Under the pieces are notes generated by a model. That model saw only the letters and a list, made by a program, of their open reading frames with translations, made no database searches and was not told where the DNA came from. A stretch of 64,000 nucleotides of DNA, from NCBI GenBank assembly GCA_964016885.1, contig OZ024740.1, forward strand, positions 110,112,001 to 110,176,000, given 5' to 3'. This document shows positions 14,001-26,722 of this stretch, piece after piece. The position numbers were made by a program, and so were the translations under genes. The stretch comes from Eledone cirrhosa. Taxonomy: Eukaryota. The first letter of the stretch is position 1; each line of letters starts with the position of its first letter.

Positions 14001-17000
14001 CTAACAATCTACAAGGAGTGGAGGGTGCTGTTGTTGTTTAGTCCCAGGTAAGCCCTGAAGGAGCACATCATCCCACTCCTAACAATCTACAAGGAGTGGA
14101 GGGTGCTGTTGTTGTTTAGTCCCAGGTAAGCCCTGAAGGAGCACATCATTCCACTCCTAACAATCTACAAGGAGTGGAGGTTGTTGCTGTTGTTTAGTCC
14201 CAGGTAAGCCCTGAAGGAGCACATCATTCCACTCCTAACAATCTACAAGGAGTGGAGGTTGTTGTTGTTTAGTCCCAGGTAAGCCCTGAAGGAGCACATC
14301 ATTCCACTCCTAACAATCTACAAGGAGTGGAAGGTTGTTGTTGTTTAGTCCCAGGTAAGCCCTGAAGGAGCACATCATTCCCACTCCTAACAATCTACAA
14401 GGAGTGGAGGTTGTTGTTCGTTTAGTCCCAGGTAAGCCCTGAAGGAGCACATCATTCCACTCCTAACAATCTACAAGGAGTGGAGGAGGTTGCTGTTGTT
14501 TAGTCCCAGGTAAGCCCTGAAGGAGCACATCATTCCACTCCTAACAATCTACAAGGAGTGGAGGTTGTTGCTGTTGTTTAGTCCCAGGTAAGCCCTGAAG
14601 GAGCACATCATTCCACTCCTAACAATCTACAGGGAGTGGAGGGTGTTGCTGTTGTTTAGTCCCAGGTAAGCCCTGAAGGAGCACATCATTCCACTCCTAA
14701 CAATCTACAGGGAGTGGAGGTTGTTGTTGTTGTTTAGTCCCAGGTAAGCCCTGAAGGAGCACATCATTCCACTCCTAACAATCTACAGGGAGTGGAGGGT
14801 GTTGCTGTTGTTTAGTCCCAGGTAAGCCCTGAAGGAGCACATCATTCCACTCCTAACAATCTACAAGGAGTGGAGGTTGTTGCTGTTGTTTAGTCCCAGG
14901 TAAGCCCTGAAGGAGCACATCATTCCACTCCTAACAATCTACAGGGAGTGGAGGGTGTTGCTGTTGTTTAGTCCCAGGTAAGCCCTGAAGGAGCACATCA
15001 TTCCACTCCTAACAATCTACAAGGAGTGGAGGTTGTTGCTGTTGTTTAGTCCCAGGTAAGCCCTGAAGGAGCACATCATTCCACTCCTAACAATCTACAG
15101 GGAGTGGAGGTTGTTGTTGTTGTTTAGTCCCAGGTAAGCCATGAAGGAGCACATCATTCCACTCCTAACAATCTACAAGGAGTGGAGGTTGTTGCTGTTG
15201 TTTAGTCCCAGGTAAGCCCTGAAGGAGCACATCATTCCACTCCTAACAATCTACAAGGAGTGGAGGTTGTTGCTGTTGTTTAGTCCCAGGTAAGCCCTGA
15301 AGGAGCACATCATTCCACTCCTAACAATCTACAGGGAGTGGAGGTTGTTGCTGTTGTTTAGTCCCAGGTAAGCCCTGAAGGAGCACATCATTCCACTCCT
15401 AACAATCTACAGGGAGTGGAGGTTGTTGCTGTTGTTTAGTCCCAGGTAAGCCCTGAAGGAGCACATCATTCCACTCCTAACAATCTACAGGGAGTGGAGG
15501 TTGTTGCTGTTGTTTAGTCCCAGGTAAGCCCTGAAGGAGCACATCATTCCACTCCTAACAATCTACAAGGAGTGGAGGTTGTTGTTGTTTAGTCCCAGGT
15601 AAGCCCTGAAGGAGCACATCATTCCACTCCTAACAATCTACAAGGAGTGGAGGGTGTTGTTGTTGTTTAGTCCCAGGTAAGCCCTGAAGGAGCACATCAT
15701 TCCACTCCTAACAATCTACAAGGAGTGGAGGGTGTTGTTGTTGTTTAGTCCCAGGTAAGCCCTGAAGGAGCACATCATTCCACTCCTAACAATCTACAAG
15801 GAGTGGAGGGTTGCTGTTGTTTAGTCCCAGGTAAGCCCTGAAGGAGCACATCATTCCACTCCTAACAATCTACAAGGAGTGGAGGTTGTTGTTGTTGTTT
15901 AGTCCCAGGTAAGCCCTGAAGGAGCACATCATTCCACTCCTAACAATCTACAAGGAGTGGAGGTTGTTGTTGTTTAGTCCCAGGTAAGCCCTGAAGGAGC
16001 ACATCATCCCACTCCTAACAATCTACAAGGAGTGGAGGTTGTTGTTGTTTAGTCCCAGGTAAGCCCTGAAGGAGCACATCATCCCACTCCTAACAATCTA
16101 CAAGGAGTGGAGGTTGTTGTTGTTTAGTCCCAGGTAAGCCCTGAAGGAGCACATCATCCCACTCCTAACAATCTACAAGGAGTGGAGGTTGTTGTTGTTT
16201 AGTCCCAGGTAAGCCCTGAAGGAGCACATCATCCCACTCCTAACAATCTACAAGGAGTGGAGGTTGTTGTTGTTTAGTCCCAGGTAAGCCCTGAAGGAGC
16301 ACATCATTCCACTCCTAACAATCTACAAGGAGTGGAGGTTGTTGCTGTTGTTTAGTCCCAGGTAAGCCCTGAAGGAGCACATCATTCCACTCCTAACAAT
16401 CTTACAAGGAGTGGAGGTTTGTTGCTGTTGTTTAGTCCCAGGTAAGCCCTGAAGGAGCACATCATTCCACTCCTAACAATCTACAAGGAGTGGAGGTTGT
16501 TGTTGTTTAGTCCCAGGTAAGCCCTGAAGGAGCACATCATTCCACTCCTAACAATCTACAAGGAGTGGAGGTTGTTGTTGTTGTTTAGTCCCAGGTAAGC
16601 CCTGAAGGAGCACATCATTCCACTCCTAACAATCTACAAGGAGTGGAGGGTGTTGTTGTTGTTTAGTCCCAGGTAAGCCCTGAAGGAGCACATCATTCCA
16701 CTCCTAACAATCTACAAGGAGTGGAGGTTGCTGTTGTTTAGTCCCAGGTAAGCCCTGAAGGAGCACATCATTCCACTCCTAACAATCTACAAAGAGTGGA
16801 GGTTGTTGTTGTTTAGTCCCAGGTAAGCCCTGAAGGAGCACATCATTCCACTCCTAACAATCTACAAGGAGTGGAGGTTGTTGCTGTTGTTTAGTCCCAG
16901 GTAAGCCCTGAAGGAGCACATCATTCCACTCCTAACAATCTACAAGGAGTGGAGGTTGTTGCTGTTGTTTAGTCCCAGGTAAGCCCTGAAGGAGCACATC

Positions 17001-20000
17001 ATTCCACTCCTAACAATCTACAAGGAGTGGAGGTTGTTGCTGTTGTTTAGTCCCAGGTAAGCCCTGAAGGAGCACATCATTCCACTCCTAACAATCTACA
17101 GGGAGTGGAGGTTGTTGCTGTTGTTTAGTCCCAGGTAAGCCCTGAAGGAGCACATCATTCCACTCCTAACAATCTACAGGGAGTGGAGGTTGTTGCTGTT
17201 GTTTAGTCCCAGGTAAGCCCTGAAGGAGCACATCATTCCACTCCTAACAATCTACAAGGAGTGGAGGGTGTTGTTGCTGTTTAGTCCCAGGTAAGCCCTG
17301 AAGGAGCACATCATTCCACTCCTAACAATCTACAAGGAGTGGAGGGTGTTGTTGTTGTTTAGTCCCAGGTAAGCCCTGAAGGAGCAACATCATTCCACTC
17401 CTAACAATCTACAAGGAGTGGAGGGTGTTGCTGTTGTTTAGTCCTTAGGTAAGCCCTGAAGGAGCAATTCATTCCACTCCTAACAATCTACAAGGAGTGG
17501 AGGTTGTTGTTGTTTAGTCCCAGGTAAGCCCTGAAGGAGCACATCATCCCACTCCTAACAATCTACAAGGAGTGGAGGGTGTTTGTTGTTGTTTAGTCCC
17601 AGGTAAGCCCTGAAGGAGCACATCATTCCACTCCTAACAATCTACAAGGAGTGGAGGGTGTTGTTGTTGTTTAGTCCCAGGTAAGCCCTGAAGGAGCACA
17701 TCATTCACTCCTAACAATCTACAAGGAGTGGAGGTTGTTGCTTGTTGTTTAGTCCCAGGTAAGCCCTGAAGGAGCACATCATTCCACTCCTAACAATCTA
17801 CAAGGAGTGGAGGTTGTTGCTGTTGTTTAGTCCCAGGTAAGCCCTGAAGGAGCACATCATTCCACTCCTAACAATCTACAGGGAAGTGGAGGGTGTTTGC
17901 TGTTGTTTAGTCCCAGGTAAGCCCTGAAGGAGCACATCATTCCACTCCTAACAATCTACAGGAGTGGAGGGTGTTGCTGTTGTTTAGGTCCCAGGTAAGC
18001 CCTGAAGGAGCACATCATTCCACTCCTAACAATCTACAAGGAGTGGAGGGTGTTGTTGTTGTTTAGTCCCAGGTAAGCCCTGAAGGAGCACATCATTCCA
18101 CTCCTAACAATCTACAAGGAGTGGGAGGGTATTGCTGTTGTTTAGTCCCAGGTAAGCCCTGAAGGAGCACATCATTCCACTCCTAACAATCTACAAGGAG
18201 TGGAGGGTTGTTGCTGTTGTTTAGTCCCAGGTAAGCCCTGAAAGAGCAATTCATTCCACTCCTAACAATCACAAGGAGTGGAGGTTGTTGCTGTTGTTTA
18301 GTCCCAGGTAAGCCCTGAAGGAGCAATTCATTCCACTCCTAACAATCTACAAGGAGTGGAGGGTGTTGCTGTTGTTTAGTCCTAGGTAAGCCCTGAAGGA
18401 GCAATTCATTCCACTCCTAACAATCTACAAGGAGTGGAGATTGTTGCTGTTGTTTAGTCCCAGGTAAGCCCTGAAGGAGCACATCATTCCACTCCTAACA
18501 ATCTACAAGGAGTGGAGGTTGCTGTTGTTTAGTCCCAGGTAAGCCCTGAAGGAGCACATCATCCCACTCCTAACAATCTACAAGGAGTGGAGGGTGTTGT
18601 TGTTGTTTAGTCCCAGGTAAGCCCTGAAGGAGCACATCATTCCACTCCTAACAATCTACAAGGAGTGGAGGTTGTTGCTGTTGTTTAGTCCCAGGTAAGC
18701 CCTGAAGGAGCACATCATTCCACTCCTAACAATCTACAAGGAGTGGAGGGTGTTGCTGTTGTTTAGTCCCAGGTAAGCCCTGAAGGAGCACATCATTCCA
18801 CTCCTAACAATCTACAAGGAGTGGAGGGTGTTGTTGTTGTTTAGTCCCAGGTAAGCCCTGAAGGAGCACATCATTCCACTCCTAACAATCTACAAGGAGT
18901 GGAGGTTGTTGTTGTTGTTTAGTCCCAGGTAAGCCCTGAAGGAGCACATCATTCCACTCCTAACAATCTACAAGGAGTGGAGGTTGTTGCTGTTGTTTAG
19001 TCCCAGGTAAGCCCTGAAGGAGCACATCATTCCACTCCTAACAATCTACAAGGAGTGGAGGGTGTTGCTGTTGTTTAGTCCCAGGTAAGCCCTGAAGGAG
19101 CACATCATTCCACTCCTAACAATCTACAAGGAGTGGAGGGTGTTGTTGTTTAGTCCCAGGTAAGCCCTGAAGGAGCACATCATTCCACTCCTAACAATCT
19201 ACAAGGAGTGGAGGTTGTTGTTGTTTAGTCCCAGGTAAGCCCTGAAGGAGCACATCATTCCACTCCTAACAATCTACAAGGAGTGGGAGGTTGTTGTTGT
19301 TTAGTCCCAGGTAAGCCCTGAAGGAGCACATCATTCCACTCCTAACAATCTACAAGGAGTGGAGGTTGTTGTTGTTTAGTCCCAGGTAAGCCCTGAAGGA
19401 GCACATCATTCCACTCCTAACAATCTACAAGGAGTGGAGGTTGTTGTTGTTGTTTAGTCCCAGGTAAGCCCTGAAGGAGCACATCATTCCACTCCTAACA
19501 ATCTACAAGGAGTGGAGGTTGTTGTTGTTTAGTCCCAGGTAAGCCCTGAAGGAGCACATCATTCCACTCCTAACAATCTACAAGGAGTGGAGGTTGTTGT
19601 TGTTGTTTAGTCCCAGGTAAGCCCCTGAAGGAGCACATCATTCCACTCCTAACAATTTACAAGGAGTGGAGGTTGCTGTTGTTTAGTCCCAGGTAAGCCC
19701 CTGAAGGAGCACATCATTCCACTCCTAACAATCTACAAGGAGTGGAGGGTGTTGCTGTTGTTTAGTCCCAGGTAAGCCCTGAAGGAGCACATCATTCCAC
19801 TCCTAACAATCTACAAGGAGTGGAGGTTGTTGTTGTTTAGTCCCAGGTAAGCCCTGAAGGAGCACATCATTCCACTCCTAACAATCTACAAGGAGTGGAG
19901 GTTGTTGTTGTTGTTTAGTCCCAGGTAAGCCCTGAAGGAGCACATCATTCCACTCCTAACAATTTACAAGGAGTGGAGGTTGCTGTTGTTTAGTCCCAGG

Positions 20001-23000
20001 TAAGCCCTGAAGGAGCACATCATTCCACTCCTAACAATCTACAAGGAGTGGAGGGTGTTGCTGTTGTTTAGTCCCAGGTAAGCCCTGAAGGAGCACATCA
20101 TTCCACTCCTAACAATCTACAAGGAGTGGAGGGTGTTGCTGTTGTTTAGTCCCAGGTAAGCCCTGAAGGAGCACATCATTCCACTCCTAACAATCTACAA
20201 GGAGTGGAGGGTGTTGCTGTTGTTTAGTCCCAGGTAAGCCCTGAAGGAGCACATCATTCCACTCCTAACAATCTACAAGAGTGGAGGGTGTTGCTGTTGT
20301 TTAGTCCCAGGTAAGCCCTGAAGGAGCACATCATCCCACTCCTAACAATCTACAAGGAGTGGAGGGTGTTGTTGTTTAGTCCCAGGTAAGCCCTGAAGGA
20401 GCACATCATTCCCACTCCTAACAATCTACAAGGAGTGGAGGTTGTTGCTGTTGTTTAGTCCCAGGTAAGCCCTGAAGGAGCACATCATCCCACTCGATAC
20501 CAATCTACAAGGAGTGGAGGTTGTTGTTGTTAGTCCCAGGTAAGCCTGAAGGAGCACATCATTCACTCCTAACAATCTACAAGGAGTGGAGGGTGTTGCT
20601 GTTGTTTAGTCCCAGGTAAGCCCTGAAGGAGCACATCATCCCACTCCTAACAATCTACAAGGAGTGGAGGTTGTTGTTGTTTAGTCCCAGGTAAGCCCTG
20701 AAGGAGCACATCATTCCACTCCTAACAATCTACAAGGAGTGGAGGGTGTTGCTGTTGTTTAGTCCCAGGTAAGCCCTGAAGGAGCACATCATCCCACTCC
20801 TAACAATCTACAAGGAGTGGAGGTTGTTGTTGTTTAGTCCCAGGTAAGCCCTGAAGGAGCACATCATTCCACTCCTAACAATCTACAAGGAGTGGAGGGT
20901 GTTGCTGTTGTTTAGTCCCAGGTAAGCCCTGAAGGAGCACATCATCCCACTCCTAACAATCTACAAGGAGTGGAGGTTGTTGTTGTTTAGTCCCAGGTAA
21001 GCCCTGAAGGAGCACATCATTCCACTCCTAACAATCTACAAGGAGTGGAGGGTGTTGCTGTTGTTTAGTCCCAGGTAAGCCCTGAAGGAGCACATCATCC
21101 CACTCCTAACAATCTACAAGGAGTGGAGGTTGTTGTTGTTTAGTCCCAGGTAAGCCCTGAAGGAGCACATCATTCCACTCCTAACAATCTACAAGGAGTG
21201 GAGGTTGTTGTTGTTGTTTAGTCCCAGGTAAGCCCTGAAGGAGCACATCATTCCACTCCTAACAATTTACAAGGAGTGGAGGGTGTTGCTGTTGTTTAGT
21301 CCCAGGTAAGCCCTGAAGGAGCACATCATTCCACTCCTAACAATCTACAAGGAGTGGAGGGTGTTGCTGTTGTTTAGTCCCAGGTAAGCCCTGAAGGAGC
21401 ACATCATTCCACTCCTAACAATCTACAAGGAGTGGAGGGTGTTGCTGTTCTTTAGTCCCAGGTAAGCCCTGAAGGAGCACATCATTCCACTCCTAACAAT
21501 CTACAAGGAGTGGAGGGTGTTGCTGTTGTTTAGTCCCAGGTAAGCCCTGAAGGAGCACATCATTCCACTCCTAACAATCTACAAGGAGTGGAGGGTGTTG
21601 CTGTTGTTTAGTCCCAGGTAAGCCCTGAAGGAGCACATCATTCCACTCCTAACAATCTACAAGGAGTGGAGGGTGTTGCTGTTGTTTAGTCCCAGGTAAG
21701 CCCTGAAGGAGCACATCATTCCACTCCTAACAATCTACAAGGAGTGGAGGGTGTTGCTGTTGTTTAGTCCCAGGTAAGCCCTGAAGGAGCACATCATTCC
21801 ACTCCTAACAATCTACAAGGAGTGGAGGGTGTTGCTGTTCTTTAGTCCCAGGTAAGCCCTGAAGGAGCACATCATTCCACTCCTAACAATCTACAAGGAG
21901 TGGAGGGTGTTGCTGTTGTTTAGTCCCAGGTAAGCCCTGAAGGAGCACATCATTCCACTCCTAACAATCTACAAGGAGTGGAGGTTGTTGCTGTTGTTTA
22001 GTCCCAGGTAAGCCCTGAAGGAGCACATCATTCCACTCCTAACAATCTACAAGGAGTGGAGGTTGTTGTTGTTTAGTCCCAGGTAAGCCCTGAAGGAGCA
22101 ATTCATTCCACTCCTAACAATCTACAAGGAGTGGAGGTTGTTGCTGTTGTTTAGTTCCAGGTAAGCCCTGAAGGAGCAATTCATTCCACTCCTAACAATC
22201 TACAAGGAGTGGAGGGTGTTGCTGTTGTTTAGTCCCAGGTAAGCCCTGAAGGAGCACATCATTCCACTCCTAACAATCTACAAGGAGTGGAGGGTGTTGT
22301 TGTTGTTTAGTCCCAGGTAAGCCCTGAAGGAGCACATCATTCCACTCCTAACAATCTACAAGGAGTGGAGGGTGTTGTTGTTGTTTAGTCCCAGGTAAGC
22401 CCTGAAGGAGCACATCATTCCACTCCTAAAAATCTACAAGGAGTGGAGGGTGTTGTTGTTGTTTAGTCCCAGGTAAGCCCTGAAGGAGCACATCATTCCA
22501 CTCCTAACAATCTACAAGGAGTGGAGGGTGTTGTTGTTGTTTAGTCCCAGGTAAGCCCTGAAGGAGCACATCATTCCACTCCTAACAATCTACAAGGAGT
22601 GGAGGGTGTTGTTGTTGTTTAGTCCCAGGTAAGCCCTGAAGGAGCACATCATTCCACTCCTAACAATCTACAAGGAGTGGAGGGTGTTGCTGTTGTTTAG
22701 TCCCAGGTAAGCCCTGAAGGAGCACATCATTCCACTCCTAACAATCTACAAGGAGTGGAGGTTGTTGCTGTTGTTTAGTCCCAGGTAAGCCCTGAAGGAG
22801 CACATCATTCCACTCCTAACAATCTACAAGGAGTGGAGGTTGTTGTTGTTTAGTCCCAGGTAAGCCCTGAAGGAGCAATTCATTCCACTCCTAACAATCT
22901 ACAAGGAGTGGAGGTTGTTGTTGTTTAGTCCCAGGTAAGCCCTGAAGGAGCAATTCATTCCACTCCTAACAATCTACAAGGAGTGGAGGGTGTTGCTGTT

Positions 23001-25862
23001 GTTTAGTCCCAGGTAAGCCCTGAAGGAGCACATCATTCCACTCCTAACAATCTACAAGGAGTGGAGGGTGTTGTTGTTGTTTAGTCCCAGGTAAGCCCTG
23101 AAGGAGCACATCATTCCACTCCTAACAATCTACAAGGAGTGGAGGGTGTTGTTGTTGTTTAGTCCCAGGTAAGCCCTGAAGGAGCACATCATTCCACTCC
23201 TAAAAATCTACAAGGAGTGGAGGGTGTTGCTGTTGTTTAGTCCCAGGTAAGCCCTGAAGGAGCACATCATTCCACTCCTAACAATCTACAAGGAGTGGAG
23301 GGTGTTGTTGTTGTTTAGTCCCAGGTAAGCCCTGAAGGAGCACATCATTCCACTCCTAACAATCTACAAGGAGTGGAAGTTGCTGTTGTTTAGTCCCAGG
23401 TAAGCCCTGAAGGAGCACATCATTCCACTCCTAACAATCTACAAGGAGTGGAGGGTGTTGTTGTTGTTTAGTCCCAGGTAAGCCCTGAAGGAGCACATCA
23501 TTCCACTCCTAACAATCTACAAGGAGTGGAGGGTGTTGTTGTTGTTTAGTCCGAGGTAAGCCCTGAAGGAGCACATCATTCCACTCCTAAAAATCTACAA
23601 GGAGTGGAGGGTGTTGCTGTTGTTTAGTCCCAGGTAAGCCCTGAAGGAGCACATCATTCCACTCCTAACAATCTACAAGGAGTGGAGGTTGTTGTTGTTG
23701 TTTAGTCCCAGGTAAGCCCTGAAGGAGCACATCATTCCACTCCTAACAATCTACAAGGAGTGGAGGTTGTTGTTGTTTAGTCCCAGGTAAGCCCTGAAGG
23801 AGCACATCATTCCACTCCTAACAATCTACAAGGAGTGGAAGTTGCTGTTGTTTAGTCCCAGGTAAGCCCTGAAGGAGCACATCATTCCACTCCTAACAAT
23901 CTACAAGGAGTGGAGGGTGTTGTTGTTGTTTAGTCCCAGGTAAGCCCTGAAGGAGCACATCATTCCACTCCTAACAATCTACAAGGAGTGGAGGGTGTTG
24001 TTGTTGTTTAGTCCGAGGTAAGCCCTGAAGGAGCACATCATTCCACTCCTAACAATCTACAAGGAGTGGAGGGTGTTGCTGTTGTTTAGTCCCAGGTAAG
24101 CCCTGAAGGAGCACATCATTCCACTCCTAACAATCTACAAGGAGTGGAGGTTGTTGCTGTTGTTTAGTCCCAGGTAAGCCCTGAAGGAGCACATCATTCC
24201 ACTCCTAACAATCTACAAGGAGTGGAGGGTGTTGTTGTTGTTTAGTCCCAGGTAAGCCCTGAAGGAGCACATCATTCCACTCCTAAAAATCTACAAGGAG
24301 TGGAGGGTGTTGCTGTTGTTTAGTCCCAGGTAAGCCCTGAAGGAGCACATCATTCCACTCCTAACAATCTACAAGGAGTGGAGGGTGTTGTTGTTGTTTA
24401 GTCCCAGGTAAGCCCTGAAGGAGCACATCATTCCACTCCTAACAATCTACAAGTAGTGGAGATTGTTGCTGTTGTTTAGTCCCAGGTAAGCCCTGAAGGA
24501 GCACATCATTCCACTCCTAACAATCTACAAGGAGTGGAGGTTGTTGTTGTTTAGTCCCAGGTAAGCCCTGAAGGAGCACATCATTCCACTCCTAACAATC
24601 TACAAGGAGTGGAGGTTGTTGTTGTTTAGTCCCAGGTAAGCCCTGAAGGAGCACATCATTCCACTCCTAACAATCTACAAGGAGTGGAGGTTGTTGTTGT
24701 TTAGTCCCAGGTAAGCCCTGAAGGAGCACATCATTCCACTCCTAACAATCTACAAGGAGTGGAGGTTGTTGTTGTTTAGTCCCAGGTAAGCCATGAAGGA
24801 GCACATCATCCCACTCCTAACAATCTACAAGGAGTGGAGGGTGTTGTTGTTGTTTAGTCCCAGGTAAGCCCTGAAGGAGCACATCATTCCACTCCTAACA
24901 ATCTACAAGGAGTGGAGGTTGCTGTTGTTTAGTCCCAGGTAAGCCCTGAAGGAGCACATCATTCCACTCCTAACAATCTACAAGGAGTGGAGGGTGTTGT
25001 TGTTGTTTAGTCCCAGGTAAGCCCTGAAGGAGCACATCATTCCACTCCTAACAATCTACAAGGAGTGGAGGTTGTTGTTGTTTAGTCCCAGGTAAGCCCT
25101 GAAGGAGCACATCATTCCACTCCTAACAATCTACAAGGAGTGGAGGGTGTTGTTGTTGTTTAGTCCCAGGTAAGCCCTGAAGGAGCACATCATTCCACTC
25201 CTAACAATCTACAAGGAGTGGAGGTTGTTGTTGTTGTTTAGTCCCAGGTAAGCCCTGAAGGAGCACATCATTCCACTCCTAACAATCTACAAGGAGTGGA
25301 GGTTGTTGCTGTTGTTTAGTCCCAGGTAAGCCCTGAAGGAGCACATCATCCCACTCCTAACAATCTACAAGGAGTGGAGGTTGTTGTTGTTTAGTCCCAG
25401 GTAAGCCCTGAAGGAGCACATCATTCCACTCCTAACAATCTACAAGGAGTGGAGGTTGTTGTTGTTTAGTCCCAGGTAAGCCCTGAAGGAGCACATCATT
25501 CCACTCCTAACGATCTACAAGGAGTGGAGGTTGTTGTTGTTTAGTCCCAGGTAAGCCCTGAAGGAGCACATCATTCCACTCCTAACAATCTACAAGGAGT
25601 GGAGGTTGTTGTTGTTTAGTCCCAGGTAAGCCCTGAAGGAGCACATCATTCCACTCCTAACAATCTACAGGGAGTGGAGGGTGTTGCTGTTGTTTAGTCC
25701 CAGGTAAGCCCTGAAGGAGCACATCATTCCACTCCTAACAATTTACAAGGAGTGGAGGGTGTTGCTGTTGTTTAGTCCCAGGTAAGCTCTGAAGGAGCAC
25801 ATCATTCCACTCCTAACAATCTACAAGGAGTGGAGGGTGTTGCTGTGTTTAGTTCCAGGTCA
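8036..25862. repeat. Tandem satellite array, 78/75-bp unit, roughly 230 copies, inside intron 1
   Basis: Unit AGTCCCAGGTAAGCCCTGAAGGAGCACATCATTCCACTCCTAACAATCTACAAGGAGTGGAGG(T/G)TGTTG(C/T)TGTTGTTT, with period 78 measured at 8451->8529. The 75-bp variants lack one GTT. Degenerate units occur at both edges (to ~26005). Confidence 0.99.
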
Positions 25863-26574
25863 GTCTTGAATGAATACATCTGCCATTCCAGTCATGACCA
25901 TCTAGAAGAAAGAGATATTGTTTGGTGCCAAGTGAGTCCTGAACCAGCACATTTGCCATTCCAGCCATGACAACCTCTCCGGTAGTAGTTAGTGTTGTTT
26001 AGTCACATATTTTGAAAACAATTAAGAATTTGAAGGGATTTAGTATTATAACTTTGTCATTACATATCTAGTGTTCGGAGCATAAAGGTTCTTACATAAA
26101 ATTATGATGGAAGATTTATAGATATAAACCCATTGAAATGAACAGCTTAGTTTCATGGTAACAGGGGTAGTTTCAAGCAGCTTGGTAACAAAAGTTTTAA
26201 TTGTTGAAATAATTTTAAGTGAAGCAACAAGAGAGCTTTAAAAGAAACCACTGCAGTTATCACAGTTAAAACACATTTCTAAATGAAGTCCTTCACCTAT
26301 AACTGCAAGTGCTATATGTTCTTAAACACATCTTTAATGTAAGTGTGTGTGGAGGGGGATGCAGCATGCTTACTAACAATTATATCTTCTCCTACATAAG
26401 TCTTTATTGCTATAAGTACACATGCATATTAATAGTTATATCTTTCCCTACATAAATGTTTATTGTTAAGCGAGTTTACAAGCTACAAGATAATATTGAG
26501 GAGGTCATAAATATATAAAGTAAAATGTATAAATTTTGACCAAAGTTATTTATTATATGGTCCTAAAGCAATGA

Positions 26575-26722
26575 ATTGGCAGAGTTATTTCGACATTGCA
26601 TAAAAGGCATTGTAATATTTGTTTCGGCTCTCTGTGCTCTGAGTTCACATCTCACCATGGATTACTTTGTCTTTCATCCTTTTTGGGTCCATAAAAAAGC
26701 ACTAGTTCAATACTGAGATCTA
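26575..26722 (+). mobile_element. Degenerate SINE
   Basis: ttggcagag...ctgagttcacatctcacc...actttgtctttcatcctttt gggtccataaa, same family as 32808-32990. Confidence 0.6.

Noticed and set aside
17380-20570. Clusters of single-base indels in the array as a diverged subdomain
   Set aside because: Mostly isolated homopolymer indels typical of unpolished long-read errors (also near 14330-14490 and 16400).
8036-25862. CRISPR array
   Set aside because: No unique spacers (whole units repeat), no cas genes, and the context is a eukaryotic intron.
8036-25862. Satellite unit as a twister or hammerhead ribozyme (GUCCC..AAGCCC..AGUGGAGGG and CUGAAGGA resemble cores)
   Set aside because: The twister P1-UAA-P2 order cannot be built in any permutation I tried. 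The hammerhead needs CUGANGA plus GAAA, and GAAA is absent from the consensus. A cmsearch or cleavage assay would settle it.
8036-25862. Coding repeat (unit lengths are multiples of 3; one + frame reads SQVSPEGAHHSTPNNLQGVEVVAVV*)
   Set aside because: All six frames have a stop in every unit. Opening that frame would need UAG editing or readthrough in each unit, for which there is no evidence. The 3-nt length steps are explained by GTT slippage.
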